Source of the DNA: Macrostomum lignano
Taxonomy: Eukaryota
Assembly (NCBI GenBank): GCA_002269645.1
Contig: NIVC01001265.1
Location: forward strand, 124,001 to 188,000
Direction: 5' to 3'
Length of the DNA: 64,000 bases
A model generated the notes under the pieces. The model saw only the letters and a list, made by a program, of their open reading frames with translations, was not told where the DNA came from and did no database searches. Position numbers and translations under genes: made by a program. Below are positions 1 to 26,593 of the stretch, in pieces (the stretch's first letter is position 1; every line of letters starts with the position of its first letter).

Positions 1-789
1 ATATTATTGAATCCGTCTCTGTCGCTGAGCACATTTTAATTTTTTATTGAAGTCAGTAGCAGGTAACGAATGTTATATAATAATTGTTATTTGACTTCAA
101 CTTTGATAACATCAGAAAAGTTTCTTAATGATAAATTACTCCGTGTACTTTTTATATATGAGTAATAAGGAAATTGCGTGAGCTGCCCTGAATGAAATGT
201 TTCGTGTACTTGTTTTATGCTGTCTCTCGTGTAAATTTTCTTTAAAATTTGGAATTTGAATTGCTTTGCTACTTAAAGTAGGATCAACTGCTTTATTGTC
301 AGTAATATCTCATCTACTAGCAGTTGGCTTGGAGCTCAGAATCTGTTTGAAGCATTCCAAACGTGTTTACCAATATATACAATATCACATTCCTTAATTT
401 AAAAAAAGAATTTTATCGTGTCTTTTTAAATAGCCTGCTCTAAAGCTGATAAGAGTACAAAAGTTTTAATTAATCTAACTGTTTTACTATTCTGTACTTT
501 AATAGGCTGTTAATTTATAGTGGAGTACGCTAATCTCTGTTCTCTGCTCCATTGTGTCTGCAAACAGTAAAATATATAAATAAACTGCATATTGCTACAT
601 GTTTTTTCTACCCCATCAGCTACGTATAGTAATTCAATATTGGCCTTTCTATACAGTCTCCGGTATTTAAGCGCGTAAATTAAAATTCTTTGATTTGCAT
701 TCTCTTCATAATTCATTTGTTTTATTATGCAGCAGAACTCCGTAGGGTGGGCTGTTTATTGATCTGTTTTTGTAGCCAACAAACACTTG

Positions 790-1740
790 GAGATCGCAAA
801 CAATTAATCAACAATCTATGGGAATCGCCAACAATTTCCTTGAGAATCAACAATCTATGGGATTCGCCAACAATTTCCTTGAGAATCAACAATCTATATG
901 AATTGCTAACAATCTCCTTGAGAATCAACAATCTATAGGAATCGCCAACAATCTCCTTAAGAATCAACCATCTATGGAATTCGCCAACTATCTCTTTGAG
1001 AATCAACAATCTATGGGAATCGCCAACAATCTCTTTGAGAATCAACAGTGTACCAGAATCGCCAACAATTTCCTTGAGAATCAACAATCTATGGGAATCG
1101 CCAACAATCTCTTTGAGAATCAACAGTGTACCAGAATCGCCAACAATTTCATTGAGAATCAACAGTGTACGAGCTACCAGAATCGCCAACAATTTCCTTG
1201 AGAATCAACAGTGTACCAGAATCGCCAACAATTTCCTTGAGAATCAACAATCTATAGAAATCGCCAACAATCTCCTTGAGAATCAACAATGTACCAGAAT
1301 CGCCAACAATTTCCATGAGAATCAACAGTGAATCAGAATCGCTCAAAACCTCTGAGAATGCTAACAGCCTTTTACGAGTAGAATCGCCAACAATCTCTCT
1401 GAAAATCAACTTATTACTCGTAAAATCGCCAACAATCGCTATGAAAAGCGCAAAAAATCATAACCGCCTACAATCTCTATGAGAATCGCAAAAAATCTCC
1501 TTGAGAATCGCCAACAATTTCTATGAGAATCGCCAATAATCCTCTTGATAATCACTAAAAATCTTGAGAATCGCCTACAACCTGAGAATCCCACAATCTA
1601 TGAGCATCGCCAAAATCTTTTAAATCGCCAAAAATCTATCTATGACAATCGCTAATAATCTATGAGAATCGCCAATAATCCTCTTAAGAATCGCCCTCAA
1701 CCTCAATGAGAGTCGCCAACCATCTTGAGAATCAACAATC
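790..1740. repeat. Degenerate minisatellite (GAATCGCCAACAATTTCCTTGAGAATCAACA...)
   Basis: Visible tandem units that decay toward 1740. Confidence 0.9.
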
Positions 1741-2314
1741 TATGATAACGGCAAATAATCTTGAGAAATCAGCAGTGTCTTGTATTTAACAATGTCGCTA
1801 AAAACTGGGATGGCTAGAGCCGTCTATTCCAAAACAGAGTGGAATGTAAAAGTACAGCATGTCAATAATTCTTTTAAGCAATGATGACGTCTACAAGCAG
1901 CGTTTATTAGCAATAGTAACAATATGGTATAACATTAGTAATATAATAAACTACAGGTATTGCACGTAAATTTTATAGTGAGGGCTTGCAATCAAGCAAT
2001 TATATTAATTATTTCTACCCGAAAAGTTTGGGCTAGGTATATAATTGGGATTATAGATATTGTTAAGCTAGCAGCAGTGTGTAGTGCATTTTGGCCTTAA
2101 TACATATTTATACACGCGAAATTAGCTGATTATCCGTTCAATAGCATAGAAGTCTGGCTGTCTCATTTTTACATACGAGTATGTAGAAAAGATCGGAATT
2201 TCCTTTTTAAAGCGAGTGCCTTTAGTGAAGAATTCGAGCCGAAGACCGCTGATATACAGATGACATTTCTATGTCTGATTACTTGTCCGCTATGGGTTGA
2301 AAATGTGGCGGCTC

Positions 2315-16179
<13,865 letters not shown>

Positions 16180-16834
16180 TAAGCTGAGACTTAACAGTGA
16201 TTGAATGTGTTTTCTGGTATGCTTGCTTTGGCCTTTGGAGTCACCCCACCACTCAGCCATTCCCCCATTCACTCCCCCATTCCATAATTCACTTCCCCAT
16301 TCACTCTTTCATCTCACATTCACTCTCCCGTTCATCCAATCACTCTCCCATTCCATAATTCACTCTCCCATCCCCCATTCACTCTCCCACCCCTTAACTC
16401 CCCTCCATTCTCTCACCATCCATCTCACTAGCAGCGCAGCCAATACCGGATTCACGGCTTCACTAGTCTGGAGCCAGAGTTTTAATTACGGTGCAGAAAA
16501 AGCCGCTGCAAACGCAGTTAGTTGAAAAGTCGTTAAATTTACTTTGCAATGGATACATTCAATCTGATTTAAATAGTTTCCATAAGAGTTTCTCACGGCC
16601 TAAAGCTTTCTCGAACAAGATTTTCATTAAAAAAATGAATGTGTGCAGTTTGGAACAAAATTTATGTCTGCTTCTTAGCATAATTACATTACACACGGTG
16701 CACACTGTAGGGGTAAAAGTAACTTTATTAGTAGCGCACAATATACGCGGTTAGAGATATAGGGTCTGCTACTACTGAACTCTTGTACGTAAAGCGTGTG
16801 TTTCACAGTAACGACAATAAAACTATAGACATTG

Positions 16835-17160
16835 TGACCAACCATAGACAGTGTGTGCAATCATCAGCTGTGACGAACCATAGACAGTGTGTGCAATCAT
16901 CAGCTGTGACGAACCATAGACAGTGTGTGCAATCATCAGCTGTGACCAACCATAGTGTTTGCAATCATCAGCTGTGACCAACAATAGACAGTGTGTGCAA
17001 TCATCAGCTGTGACCAATCATAGACAGTGTGTGCAATCATCAGCTGTGACGAACCATAGACAGTGTGCAATCATCAGCTGTGACGAACCATAGACAGTGT
17101 GTGCAATCGACAATTGTGGCCAACCATAGACAACCTGTACGTGTGCAATTATCAGTTGTG
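16835..17160. repeat. 36-bp minisatellite (CCATAGACAGTGTGTGCAATCATCAGCTGTGACGAA)
   Basis: Direct tandem copies. Confidence 0.9.
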
Positions 17161-17746
17161 ACCAGCTTTGATTGTACCTAGCGGTATCGACATAAAAAGA
17201 TGATTAGCAAACATGCTAATGCTTTAATAACAGTAAGAATTTATGATCAAGTCATTCAGACACGCCCATATTGTAAGAAAATTTGTTTGCATTTGCGCCC
17301 TACTCCATCGCGATAAGCTGTGTATTGCAGAGCTCGGAAAATGCTTTTGCAAGTCTGTTGCAGAAAAATAACTTGTCACCTATCCGCAAATAGGAATCCA
17401 AATGTATGTATGCACACGAGCGCAGGCCACACGCATATTTAGCAATATAAGTAAAAGGTCTACATTTAAACGCACAAATTCTGATCGTATAAAAAGCTAA
17501 GATGCAGATGATTCAACAGTCAGAAATTGTATTTGTTGCCTTCGTTCTGCGGCTGGCAGACAGGAGGCTCAGATTGCACTTAGGATTGCTGTTGCTACTA
17601 ACAGTAGTCTAGGCTGCTGAGAGCTAACTTTTGAATACCAATCAGACTACTTAACTACCCAGCCAGACTACCAGCCAGACTACTATCCAGACTACTTAAC
17701 TACCCAGCCAGACTACCAGCCAGACTACTATCCAGACTACCAGCTT

Positions 17747-20700
17747 TCAGGTCGCCAGGCAGCGAGCCAGCAGTGACGGCCATTGCGCCCTGTAGGCCCA
17801 GCGATTTGCAAGCGAAGTCGACGAAGCCAGGATTCCCGCCAACTGAGGGGTTCCCCTCTCCGCCAGGATTCCCGCCAAGGGGTTCCCCTCTCCGCCAGGA
17901 TTCCCGCCAACTGAGGGGTTTCCCTCTCGCCAGAATTCCCGCCAACTAAGGGGTTCCCCTCTCCGCCAAGATTCCCGCTAAGGGGTTCCCCTCTCCGCCA
18001 GGATTCCCGCTAAGGGGTTCCCCTCTCCGCCAGGATTCCCGCTAAGGGGTTCCCCTCTCCGCCAGGATTCCCGCCAACTGAGGGGTTCCCCTCTCCGCCA
18101 GAATTCCCGCCAACTGAGGGGTTCCCCTTCTCGCCAGGATTCCTGCCTATTGAAGGGTTCCCCTTCTCACCAGGATTCCCGCCAGCGAAGCAATCGACGA
18201 AGCAGCAGCGAGGCGGTAGGGAGACCAGATGAGCCAAGTGGTCAGCAGCAACACAGTCTTCATCACATAGCTTAGCCAGGAGGAAGCCGTGTGTGGAAGA
18301 CTGGTGAAGAGGTTACTAACAGATATACTAATGTAATGTTACGCCACTCGAGAGTGGGAGAATACGGGGTATCTTGTCACTGGAAAGGGGAATTCCTAAG
18401 ATATCCCATTATTGGAAAGAGGATTCTTAAGACATCCCATCATTGGAAAGGGGATTTCCCAAGACATCCCATCACTGGAAAGGGGATTCCCCAAGACATC
18501 CCATCACTGGAAAGGGGATTCCCCAAGACATACCATCACTGGAAAGGGGATTCCCCAAGCCATCCCATCACTGGAAAGGGGATTCCCCAAGCATAGTTGC
18601 CACAGGAAAATAAAAGAATATTAGCGCAGCAGAAAAGATTTAGCGCAGCGTAAAATAATTAGTTTTAAAGTTATGTAATCATTAAAAAGCAACCACGGAT
18701 TAATAAATAATAGTAAGTCAAGTCTTAGGAAACCGAAAAGCTACATTAACCTGTTTATTTGAGTAACGAAATGATAATAAAAAACTTATTTCAGTTACTG
18801 ACAATTGGATTGGATTACACTTGCACAGCAAGTACACATACATGTACATATAGCTCGAACACATACTCCTACACAAGTATGTGAATAACTATTTTCGAGT
18901 AGCTCCTAGACGAGAAAAAGCCTAGACGATATTTGATAACTTTAGGGAAAGGCTTGACTTACTAAAGGTAGTTTTAAAATCGTACGAATTTCTTACTTTA
19001 TTATGTTCTTAACAATTATTAGTTACATTTTTTCTTCTATTGGTTCCGGAATCGCTTTGTAAAAAGCATCTGTCACTATAGCCGATTGATTTCGATTTTA
19101 AACTCATTTTTTTATTTTGAAATCAAACTAAGTTCTAACTCTCCGTCAGCTCAGTTAACATAAAAGTCAAACTAGCAAAAATTTCAATGTTCACTTCACT
19201 TGTTAGAGGGTCCGGCGGCAGTAGCACCTTCGATTCGCGCAATTTTGTTACCGCCCCTAGGCTGACTGGACACGCTCTGTCGCTTAAGCCGTTTTCGGAA
19301 TGCAGCTTCCGCCTTCGATGCAGCTGCCAGCATTTCTTGCGCCTTCCTTCGCATCTCGTCAACAGTCTGCTGCTGCGTCACTAAATCCTCCTCCTGCTGC
19401 TGCTGTTCCTCTTGAGCCTTCTTCGCTGCAGCTTCAATCGCGCGCTGTTCCTCCATCTTCTTCTGCAGTCTCTTCATCGCCTGCTGCCGCTGTTCTAATC
19501 GAGCGCGATCAGCCGCTTTACTTCGGGCTTCAAAGCCAATGGCAATTAGGCTTGGTTCAATTGTGACTGTATGTGCAGTGGCCAAATTTGCCTTCAGCCA
19601 GGTCTTGATAGTGAGCAGAGAGTTGAGCGTAAACTCGGAAAGCTTGTTCCGCTGCTTCGTTAAGTCGTTGGCCAACCACTTTAAAAACCGTTCGCTGTCC
19701 GCGTTGCCATGCGGAATGCAGCATGCACTGCGCCCTAGCTTTGATAGCAGCGGGTAAGTCGCAGTGGGCAGGCATGACCAGAACTTCTCAGGATTCGACT
19801 TTTCGAGCTCCGAGTTTGAGACACGCAACCTGGTGACTTCGAGACGCAGCTCATCAAGCTCATCAACTGCGATGACGGTGCTCATCGTTTTGGCGACCCT
19901 TAACACGGTTCTGTCGAAGTTGAAGTCCTCTCCGAGTAGATAGTTAGGGTCGACAAAGCGAAGAGCTCGGAGGATCTTGTTCTGCAGTGGCAGATATGAA
20001 AAAAGCCTCTGCACTAACTCACAATAGAAATCGCGAACGCTCTTGTAGAATCCAATGCGATCAATTGGCGACAGTCTGTCGACAGTCTCACGGGTCTTGC
20101 CACCAATCACCAGACTTGCATTGTTCAACTGATTGGAGCGTTCCTTGGCACGATCGGCGAGGTCTGACAGAGAGTTGGTCTCATTAACAACGTCTTCTCG
20201 GACAAAGCACGTCAGGATGCAGCCGCAGAGATCGTCCAGTGACGATGAAAGAAGGTGGACCTGAGTAGACTCATTTTGAAATAGCTTCTCAATCTTCTCG
20301 CACCTGGGCAAAGCTTGTTCGAGAAACTGGAGGCGTGCTAGAGCTTTGTCGGTCAAGGCCTCCCTGATGCGGCGAGCTCGGTCATTCTGAATGTTCTGCT
20401 GGTTTGAGAAGAACTGCTGCAGCGCAGGCCACTGCTCGAGAATACGACGCACCACTATTAGCACCTGGAGCCAACGGGTCTCCACTCGGCGGATAAATGC
20501 ATGCTCAGTCAGATTCAGTGCTGTCTGAATCTAAAATGCAACAGTGGGTGGCAGAGCAATATGAGCGGTACTGTTTAGAATAATATGCAGAGAACTAGAA
20601 GCATTTATTCATAGAGTTCAGGGGCAACAAACTGATGATATCACTATCAGCGATAGTAATAGGTAAAAGAACATGTGCATTTTGCTATAATTTGCTCATT

Positions 20701-23339
20701 TGCTTTATGGTGTACTTACTATGATCTTTTTATTATCTCAATAAATTATGCCCGACAGAAGTTCAGTTAAGTTGGATAAAAGTATCACAAAGACAGAATA
20801 TATGTATTTGTAATTGTTCTTATTCTTAAAACCAGAAATAAACTTTGTTCGCACAAGAGGCATACCTGATGGAAGGCTTTGCGTCGACTTTTGAACCGAA
20901 AATTGTTATAAACATCATCCAGGAGTCCTTCTGTCTCTCCAGAAGTGTCCAAAGCCTTTACCGCATATTGGACAGCGTTGTGCACGTGGTGTAGGCTACA
21001 CCCGCCAACATCGATTAGGTGCGGTAGCTCCTCCTTCAGTTTAGCAAGCAGGCCATTGTTTTGACCTTCGGAATGTTAGGATAAATAGTTTTATTCATTA
21101 AACATTCCATAAAAACTTACAAAGTTATCATGTCATTCACATGTTGTAATAAGGTTGTGAAAAAAAAACTGCTAACTGTTAGATTACTGTATCACGTACG
21201 TTACTACTTACTAGTATACTATTTCTATAATATAAGACAGTTGCTACTACTCGCACGAGCGTAGTAATAGCAAATGTACATGTAGAGACATAGTAGAGAC
21301 AGTAGTAGAGACATGTAAATAGTAGTGCATGTAGCAGTCACAAACTTTCATTATAAGTACATACTTATTATTATAGGTAATTAGGACATTCATATAAAAG
21401 AACAAGCTAGTTCTGCAATTGCTCACCTCGCATTGCATTGCATGAGTCAGTCATCACCGAGAGAACATGCTTAACAGGTATATTCCCTTCACGAAGTAGT
21501 TCCTTAACAACTGTCTTCATTCCTTCAGCAGTGCTGTCCGTCAGCTCTTTGATGCCAATCATTACAATTGGGACATTTTGGTGCTCAGTGGAGAATACTC
21601 TTGCAAGTACTGCCAGGTAGGAGCGATCACGTTTAGTGCCCTCATCCAGCATAATGGAGAAATGCGACTTGCGGAGAAGGTCAAACATTTGCTCCTTTGC
21701 GAATGGTGCCAATGCCTCGTTAACAAGATAGGTCGTTTTAGTTCTGCAGCAGGCAAATTGCTGAGCGATAGCACTGTCCGGAAATGCAACCGGAAGCAGC
21801 GATGTAAACTGGTCCATTAGGTTAAATGACAGATCCTTTTGGGCCACCAGTAATGAAAAACGCAAATTGGCCGCCATTGCTTGCTCGCTGATAGTAGTCG
21901 AACTCACAGCTTGCTTTGCTGGATCGTCGTTCATAACCGAGAAGAAACTTGTCATGGTCTTTTGTTGACCAATAGCAGATATTTGAATTTTGTGGTTTTG
22001 TCCATCAGCGTGCTGACGAATCGCGCTGATTCCATGCTGCATTATTGAGAATGACCTGGAGCAGGCCCTGCAATAGGCCTTGCCTTCAATTATGTCTTGT
22101 TGACACCACTTAGAGATTAGAACGCCAGAGTTGTCTTTTTCTTGTAGCCAATCGTTGTCCCATTTTGTGCCTCGTTGACTTGGCTTTGTTTTAAGAGGCA
22201 TTATGCTTGTCCTTGATACAAGAACTCTATGTCTGGACTCAGACACTTTCTTGTTTATTTAGTTTAAGTTCGATAACATGTTTTGATTTTAAAGTGGAAT
22301 AAAAAGCAGACCCATGGGGGTGAGTGGGATTGACTATTTGCTAAGCCAATAGGAATTGGCCATTTTGGGGGGGGGGGGTAGGGCTTGAAACTTGGGGTAT
22401 CCGATCAGGGCCCCAATCAGCAACACCCCACCAGACTAAGGGATGGGTAAGGCCAAGTGGCAAGCCCCGACTGACTGCATCTTTTTAGTTCTTTCTACAC
22501 AATTCTAAAGAAAGTAAAGAGTGTGCTTTGACTTAGACTTAGAGGAAGGGAAACAATGTTGACTTAGTGTAACTATAAAACTCATTTAGCGCAGAATTGA
22601 AAGCATTTCAAAGATAATAGCGCAGTAGCGCAGCTGAAACAAAATAGCGCAGTAGCGCTAAAATAGCGCAGGTGTGGCAACTATGTCCCCAAGACATCCC
22701 ATGACTGGAAAGGGGATTCCCCAAGACATACCATTACTGGAAAGGGGATTCCCCAAGACATCCCATCATCATTAGAAAGGGGATTCCCCAAGACATCCCA
22801 TCATCATTAGAAAGGGGATTCCCCAAGACATCCCATCACTGGAAAGGGGATTCCCCAAGACATCCCATCACTGGAAAGGGGATTCCCCAAGACATCCCAT
22901 CACTGGAAAGGGGATTCCCCAAGACATCCCATCATCATTAGAAAGGGGATTCCCCAAGACATCCCATCAATGGAAAGGGGATTCCCCAAGACATCTCATC
23001 ACTGGAAAAAAAGAGGGTTTAGAGACACCGCATCAACCATCACAGAAGGATAGAGATACGGACTTAATACTTATAAATAATTTAATTTGCATACTGTGAG
23101 TAACTCTGGAAGAGTTTGTTGCACGGAAAATGAAGTAGGAGCAGAACAGTTAAAGCAATAGTTGCTACAATTATTCAAACAGATTATCAACCAAAGCGAG
23201 TTGGGATTAAAATTTATTTTATTTTTGTTGCGGTTAGCGAATAAGAGCATAGTAATTGTACTCATTGATGGAGTTACAACACAAAATGTAAGTGAGCTGC
23301 ACTGCAGTACAACGCAATGCAGAATAATAAAACGCGGCA
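17747..23339 (-). CDS. Cryptic multipass membrane protein, 3' part (possibly a divergent 7TM receptor, TM4-TM7)
   Basis: Phase-consistent exons 23262-23339, 23095-23164, 18171-18300, 17747-17842 give PRFIILHCVVLQCSSLTFCVVTPSM-TTIALTVLLLLHFPCNKLFQSYS-HLPHTASSWLSYVMKTVLLLTTWLIWSPYRLAAASSIASLAGIL-LAGILASSTSLANRWAYRAQWPSLLARCLAT*, with four hydrophobic segments. The 5' end was not found and the AT-rich exons are tentative. Confidence 0.4.
17828..18185. repeat. About 31-36-bp minisatellite built from exon sequence (CCAGGATTCCCGCC...GGGGTTCCCCTCTCCG)
   Basis: About 10 units; terminal units are continuous with the coding exons on both sides. Confidence 0.9.
18592..22685 (-). mobile_element. Full-length autonomous hAT DNA transposon (4094 bp)
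   Basis: TIRs CATAGTTGCCACA (18592-18604) and TGTGGCAACTATG (22673-22685). Perfect 8-bp TSD TCCCCAAG at 18584-18591 and 22686-22693. Subterminal TAGCGCAG repeats at both ends. Encodes a spliced transposase. Confidence 0.95.
19196..22201 (-). CDS. hAT transposase, 3 exons (21427-22201, 20866-21065, 19196-20530), 769 aa, no stops or frameshifts
   Basis: N-terminal Zn finger (YCRACSRSF..IRQHADGQNHK); catalytic D (IMLDEGT), D (VMTDSCNAMRG), CxxH (CSLHH), RW motif (VETRWL), E in the dimerisation region (NADSERFL). GT-AG introns join in frame. Confidence 0.92.
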
Positions 23340-23534
23340 CTTATAGAAAAAAACTAAGAAAATTTCTAGATCTTAAGAATTACAAAAAAAACAAATTTAA
23401 GATAAACGAATAACTTTTTACTACTTTGTTGTCAGATTTCCTACTACAATTAATTAAATGGGTAAAACTACTGAAATAGTGTAAATCTAGGTAAGCGAAA
23501 TAAGAAATTGGAAATAAATGAAATCGGTTTGCCC

Positions 23535-24160
23535 AGCGACTGAGGATCTGGGAGGCTGGCTCAGCAACTGAGGATCTGGGAGACTGGCCCAGCAACTGAA
23601 GATCTGGGAGGCTGGCCCAACAACTGAGGATCTGGGAGGCTGGCCCAACAACTGAGGATCTGGGAGGCTGGCCCAACAACTGAGGATCTGGGAGGCCGGC
23701 CCAACAACTGAGGATCTGGGAGGCTGGCCCAACAACTGAAGATCTGGGAGGCCGGCCCAGCAACTGAGGATCTGGGAGGCTGGCCCAGCAACTGAGGATC
23801 TGGGAGGCCGGCCCAGCAACTGAAGATCTGGGAGGCTGGCCCAGCAACTGAAGATCTGGGAGGCTGGCCCAGCAACTGAGGATCTGGGAGGCTGGCCCAA
23901 CAACTGAGGATCTGGGAGGCTGGCCCAGCAACTGAGGATCTGGGAGGCTGGCCCAACAACTGAGGATCTGGGAGGCTGGCCCAACAACTGAGGATCTGGG
24001 AGGCCGGCCCAGCAACTGAGGATCTGGGAGGCTGGCCCAACAACTGAGGATCTGGGAGGCTGGCCCAACAACTGAGGATCTGGGAGGCTGGCCCAACAAC
24101 TGAGGATCTGGGAGGCCGGTCCAGCAACTGAGGATCTGGGAGGCCGGCCCAGCAACTAAG
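23535..24160. repeat. 28-bp minisatellite (GCCCAACAACTGAGGATCTGGGAGGCTG)
   Basis: Direct tandem copies. Confidence 0.92.
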
Positions 24161-24383
24161 AATCTATTAGGCTAGCAGCCAAGTCAATGACCAATCAATC
24201 AGAAACTACAGATCAAGTAACTACACATAGGTCAAGTCGCAACGCACGCACACAGCTAAAAATCAGTGTTCAGGATCAAAGTCTATTTCTTTCAATTAGT
24301 CAACTATCCGTCTGAAAATCAATCAAAGTAAAATCTAAATTCCGCACAGTCAGCCGGCCGGTCAAGTCAAATTTCACATTCCT

Positions 24384-25373
24384 TCAATTATTCTTTCCCT
24401 GCTTCTTAAGCGAACGCTGCATAGTGGAGTACATAGTAGAGCACAGGACGTAGTTAGACACGCAGCTGGGCAGCAGGCTCATGAACAGGTACTGCAGCGA
24501 GTGGGACAGGCAGCCCAGACTCAGCTGCTCAACCCCCAGCAGATTGAGCGCCTCGCTAACAAACGCATCCGGACTCGGAGCAAAGAAGCTGGCCCGACGA
24601 ATTTTAGACAATTTTGTAGCCACAAAGAACGGCGTGACAGTCTGCACAGTGACAGACTTCACCGCGCCACCCTTCGACGCCAGATGGCGAACCTCGGCGG
24701 CGACCGATTCGGAGAAATTCACAACATACGCCTTGCTGGCTGAGTAGGCAGACAGGAACGGAGTCGGCTGCAGGCCGCTGCCGGAGGCCACGTTGATGAC
24801 GGCGCCGCCCCGAGGCAGCATCCTCGGCAGCAGCATGCGAGTCATTCGGGCCACGCTGGAGCAGTTCACGTTCAGCATCGGCTGCAGCTCGCCAGCGTCT
24901 AGCGGCTTCGGGCCGCCGGCCAGGTAAGTTGGCCACGAGTAGCCAACGCCGACATTGTTCACCAAGCAGGCCACGTCGATGCCGGACAGCTCCCGCTCGA
25001 TCCTGTCGTACACATCCACTTGGCTGAAGTCGGCCACGATGATGCGCACCTGCACGCTGTACTTGTCGCGCAGCTCCTTAGCTACATCGTCCAGCTTCTC
25101 CTGGGATCGGGAGATGAGCACAATGTTCAGCCCGTCCTTGGCCAGCAGGCGGGCGTAGGCCCTGCCAATGCCATCGGTGGAGCCAGTCACCACAGCCCAG
25201 CCGCCAAGCTTCTTCAGCTGACGGCGTTGACTCCAGAGCTTGGTGAGCACCAGATGGCGGAAGAAGATGCCCAGCAGAGGCAGTACAAAGTAGTAGGCAA
25301 CCACGAATGCCACAATTGGTAGGCAGATTTTGCACAACTCGCAGTCCACCATGGCGATGGTAGTTGCATGCAA
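24384..25373 (-). CDS. HSD17B12: Short-chain dehydrogenase/reductase, HSD17B12 / very-long-chain 3-oxoacyl-CoA reductase-like, single exon
   Basis: N-terminal TM anchor, WAVVTGSTDGIG (TGxxxGxG), LVNNVG, catalytic YSASK, VQTVTPFFVATKLSKIRRASFFAPSP. The start may be the ATG at 25352 (gccATGg). Confidence 0.9.
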   Translation of the reverse strand: MHATTIAMVDCELCKICLPIVAFVVAYYFVLPLLGIFFRHLVLTKLWSQRRQLKKLGGWAVVTGSTDGIGRAYARLLAKDGLNIVLISRSQEKLDDVAKELRDKYSVQVRIIVADFSQVDVYDRIERELSGIDVACLVNNVGVGYSWPTYLAGGPKPLDAGELQPMLNVNCSSVARMTRMLLPRMLPRGGAVINVASGSGLQPTPFLSAYSASKAYVVNFSESVAAEVRHLASKGGAVKSVTVQTVTPFFVATKLSKIRRASFFAPSPDAFVSEALNLLGVEQLSLGCLSHSLQYLFMSLLPSCVSNYVLCSTMYSTMQRSLKKQGKNN

Positions 25374-26593
25374 AAGATGATTGATAAATAAAAAAATCTA
25401 TAATTTATAATTGTCATACTCAAACAAAGCATGCATCAAAAAGTTGCTAAGAATGCTATATTTAGAAAGGAGTGACCAGATTATTGTTAAAAAGAACTAT
25501 TAAAAATATATAAAAGAACTGCATAATGCATACTTCAGCACTAAAGCTTTAAGCTATATCAGCAAAATAATTGTGATAGCTTTAAAATAAATGTAAATTG
25601 ATGCTATTGTTCATTGGATATTATAATAAAATGTATTAGTGAATATATGCATTATATGATATCTAAAAGCTCTTAATTTAGATAGAATAGTAAAAAAGTG
25701 ATCAGTTGATAAGAATTGAGAGCCAGATGCATTTGGCAAAATACAAATAATAGCTACATTTCTGCAACTAGGCTTATAATAACTAACAAGCAATAGCAGG
25801 AGGTCCCAATATCCCATGTGATATTCTCATTGCAACCATCTATAGCACCACTGCACCACACTCTCAAATCACAATATACTAGAAAAAGTGACCCTCTTTA
25901 TTATAAATTCAATTTTATGCCAAAAAACAAATTTACTTATGATATATATGCTAGCCATTATCAAAATACAATAAAGAACAATAAATGACCTTTTTTGTTG
26001 CAATATAATGGACCTTCTTTGCAGTGGGACAATAAAGGATCCTTACTTGCACTATAGAATTTTATCTTTTGTATGCCAACAGCTATATCTGTGGCACAAT
26101 TTTTTAGTAGACTGTTCTACATACCAGATATTTTATACCAACTATTTTTTGCATCCATTGTATACCAGAATTTTCTAGTGTATATTATAAGATTCAGGAG
26201 TAGGGCTATAGCAAGGAAGTTCATTTTTATAATAATTATGGCACTAGTGCAGTTTCATTTGCAAAATTATTTTTCTTTGAATTTTTGTTAGTTTTGATGA
26301 TTGATAATGCTGACAACATTTCAATGTCATGGTCACGTTGGTTGGCAATATTTCATAAAATTCATTCATTCATTCATTTGAATTTGCACCAGTGCCAAAG
26401 ATTTGAATCAATGATTTGAGTGATAATGCTGACGTGGCAAAGAACAAGTCTACCTTGTGAGTTATCTATGGCCTAAAGGTGTGGTATCTAATAATTGCTG
26501 AGTGGGGGAATAGCAAGAAACATTTTTTACTAAATCTATTTTATCTAAAGCTAGAAGTATTCTTATAAGCATATTTCACCACTGTGACCAAAA

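Larger units (their letters stand above)
18375..23005. repeat. 32-bp minisatellite (GGAAAGGGGATTCCCCAAGACATCCCATCACT) split by the hAT element
   Basis: Arrays at about 18375-18591 and 22686-23005. Confidence 0.9.

Noticed and set aside
17750-18300. Alternative frame ...DCFAGGNPGFVDFACKSLGLQG resembling an SRCR domain, and MKTVLLL read as the Mesh-like signal peptide
   Set aside because: The rest of an SRCR domain was not found downstream. The Mesh-like gene has a better in-phase signal exon at 16092-16179. Not fully excluded.
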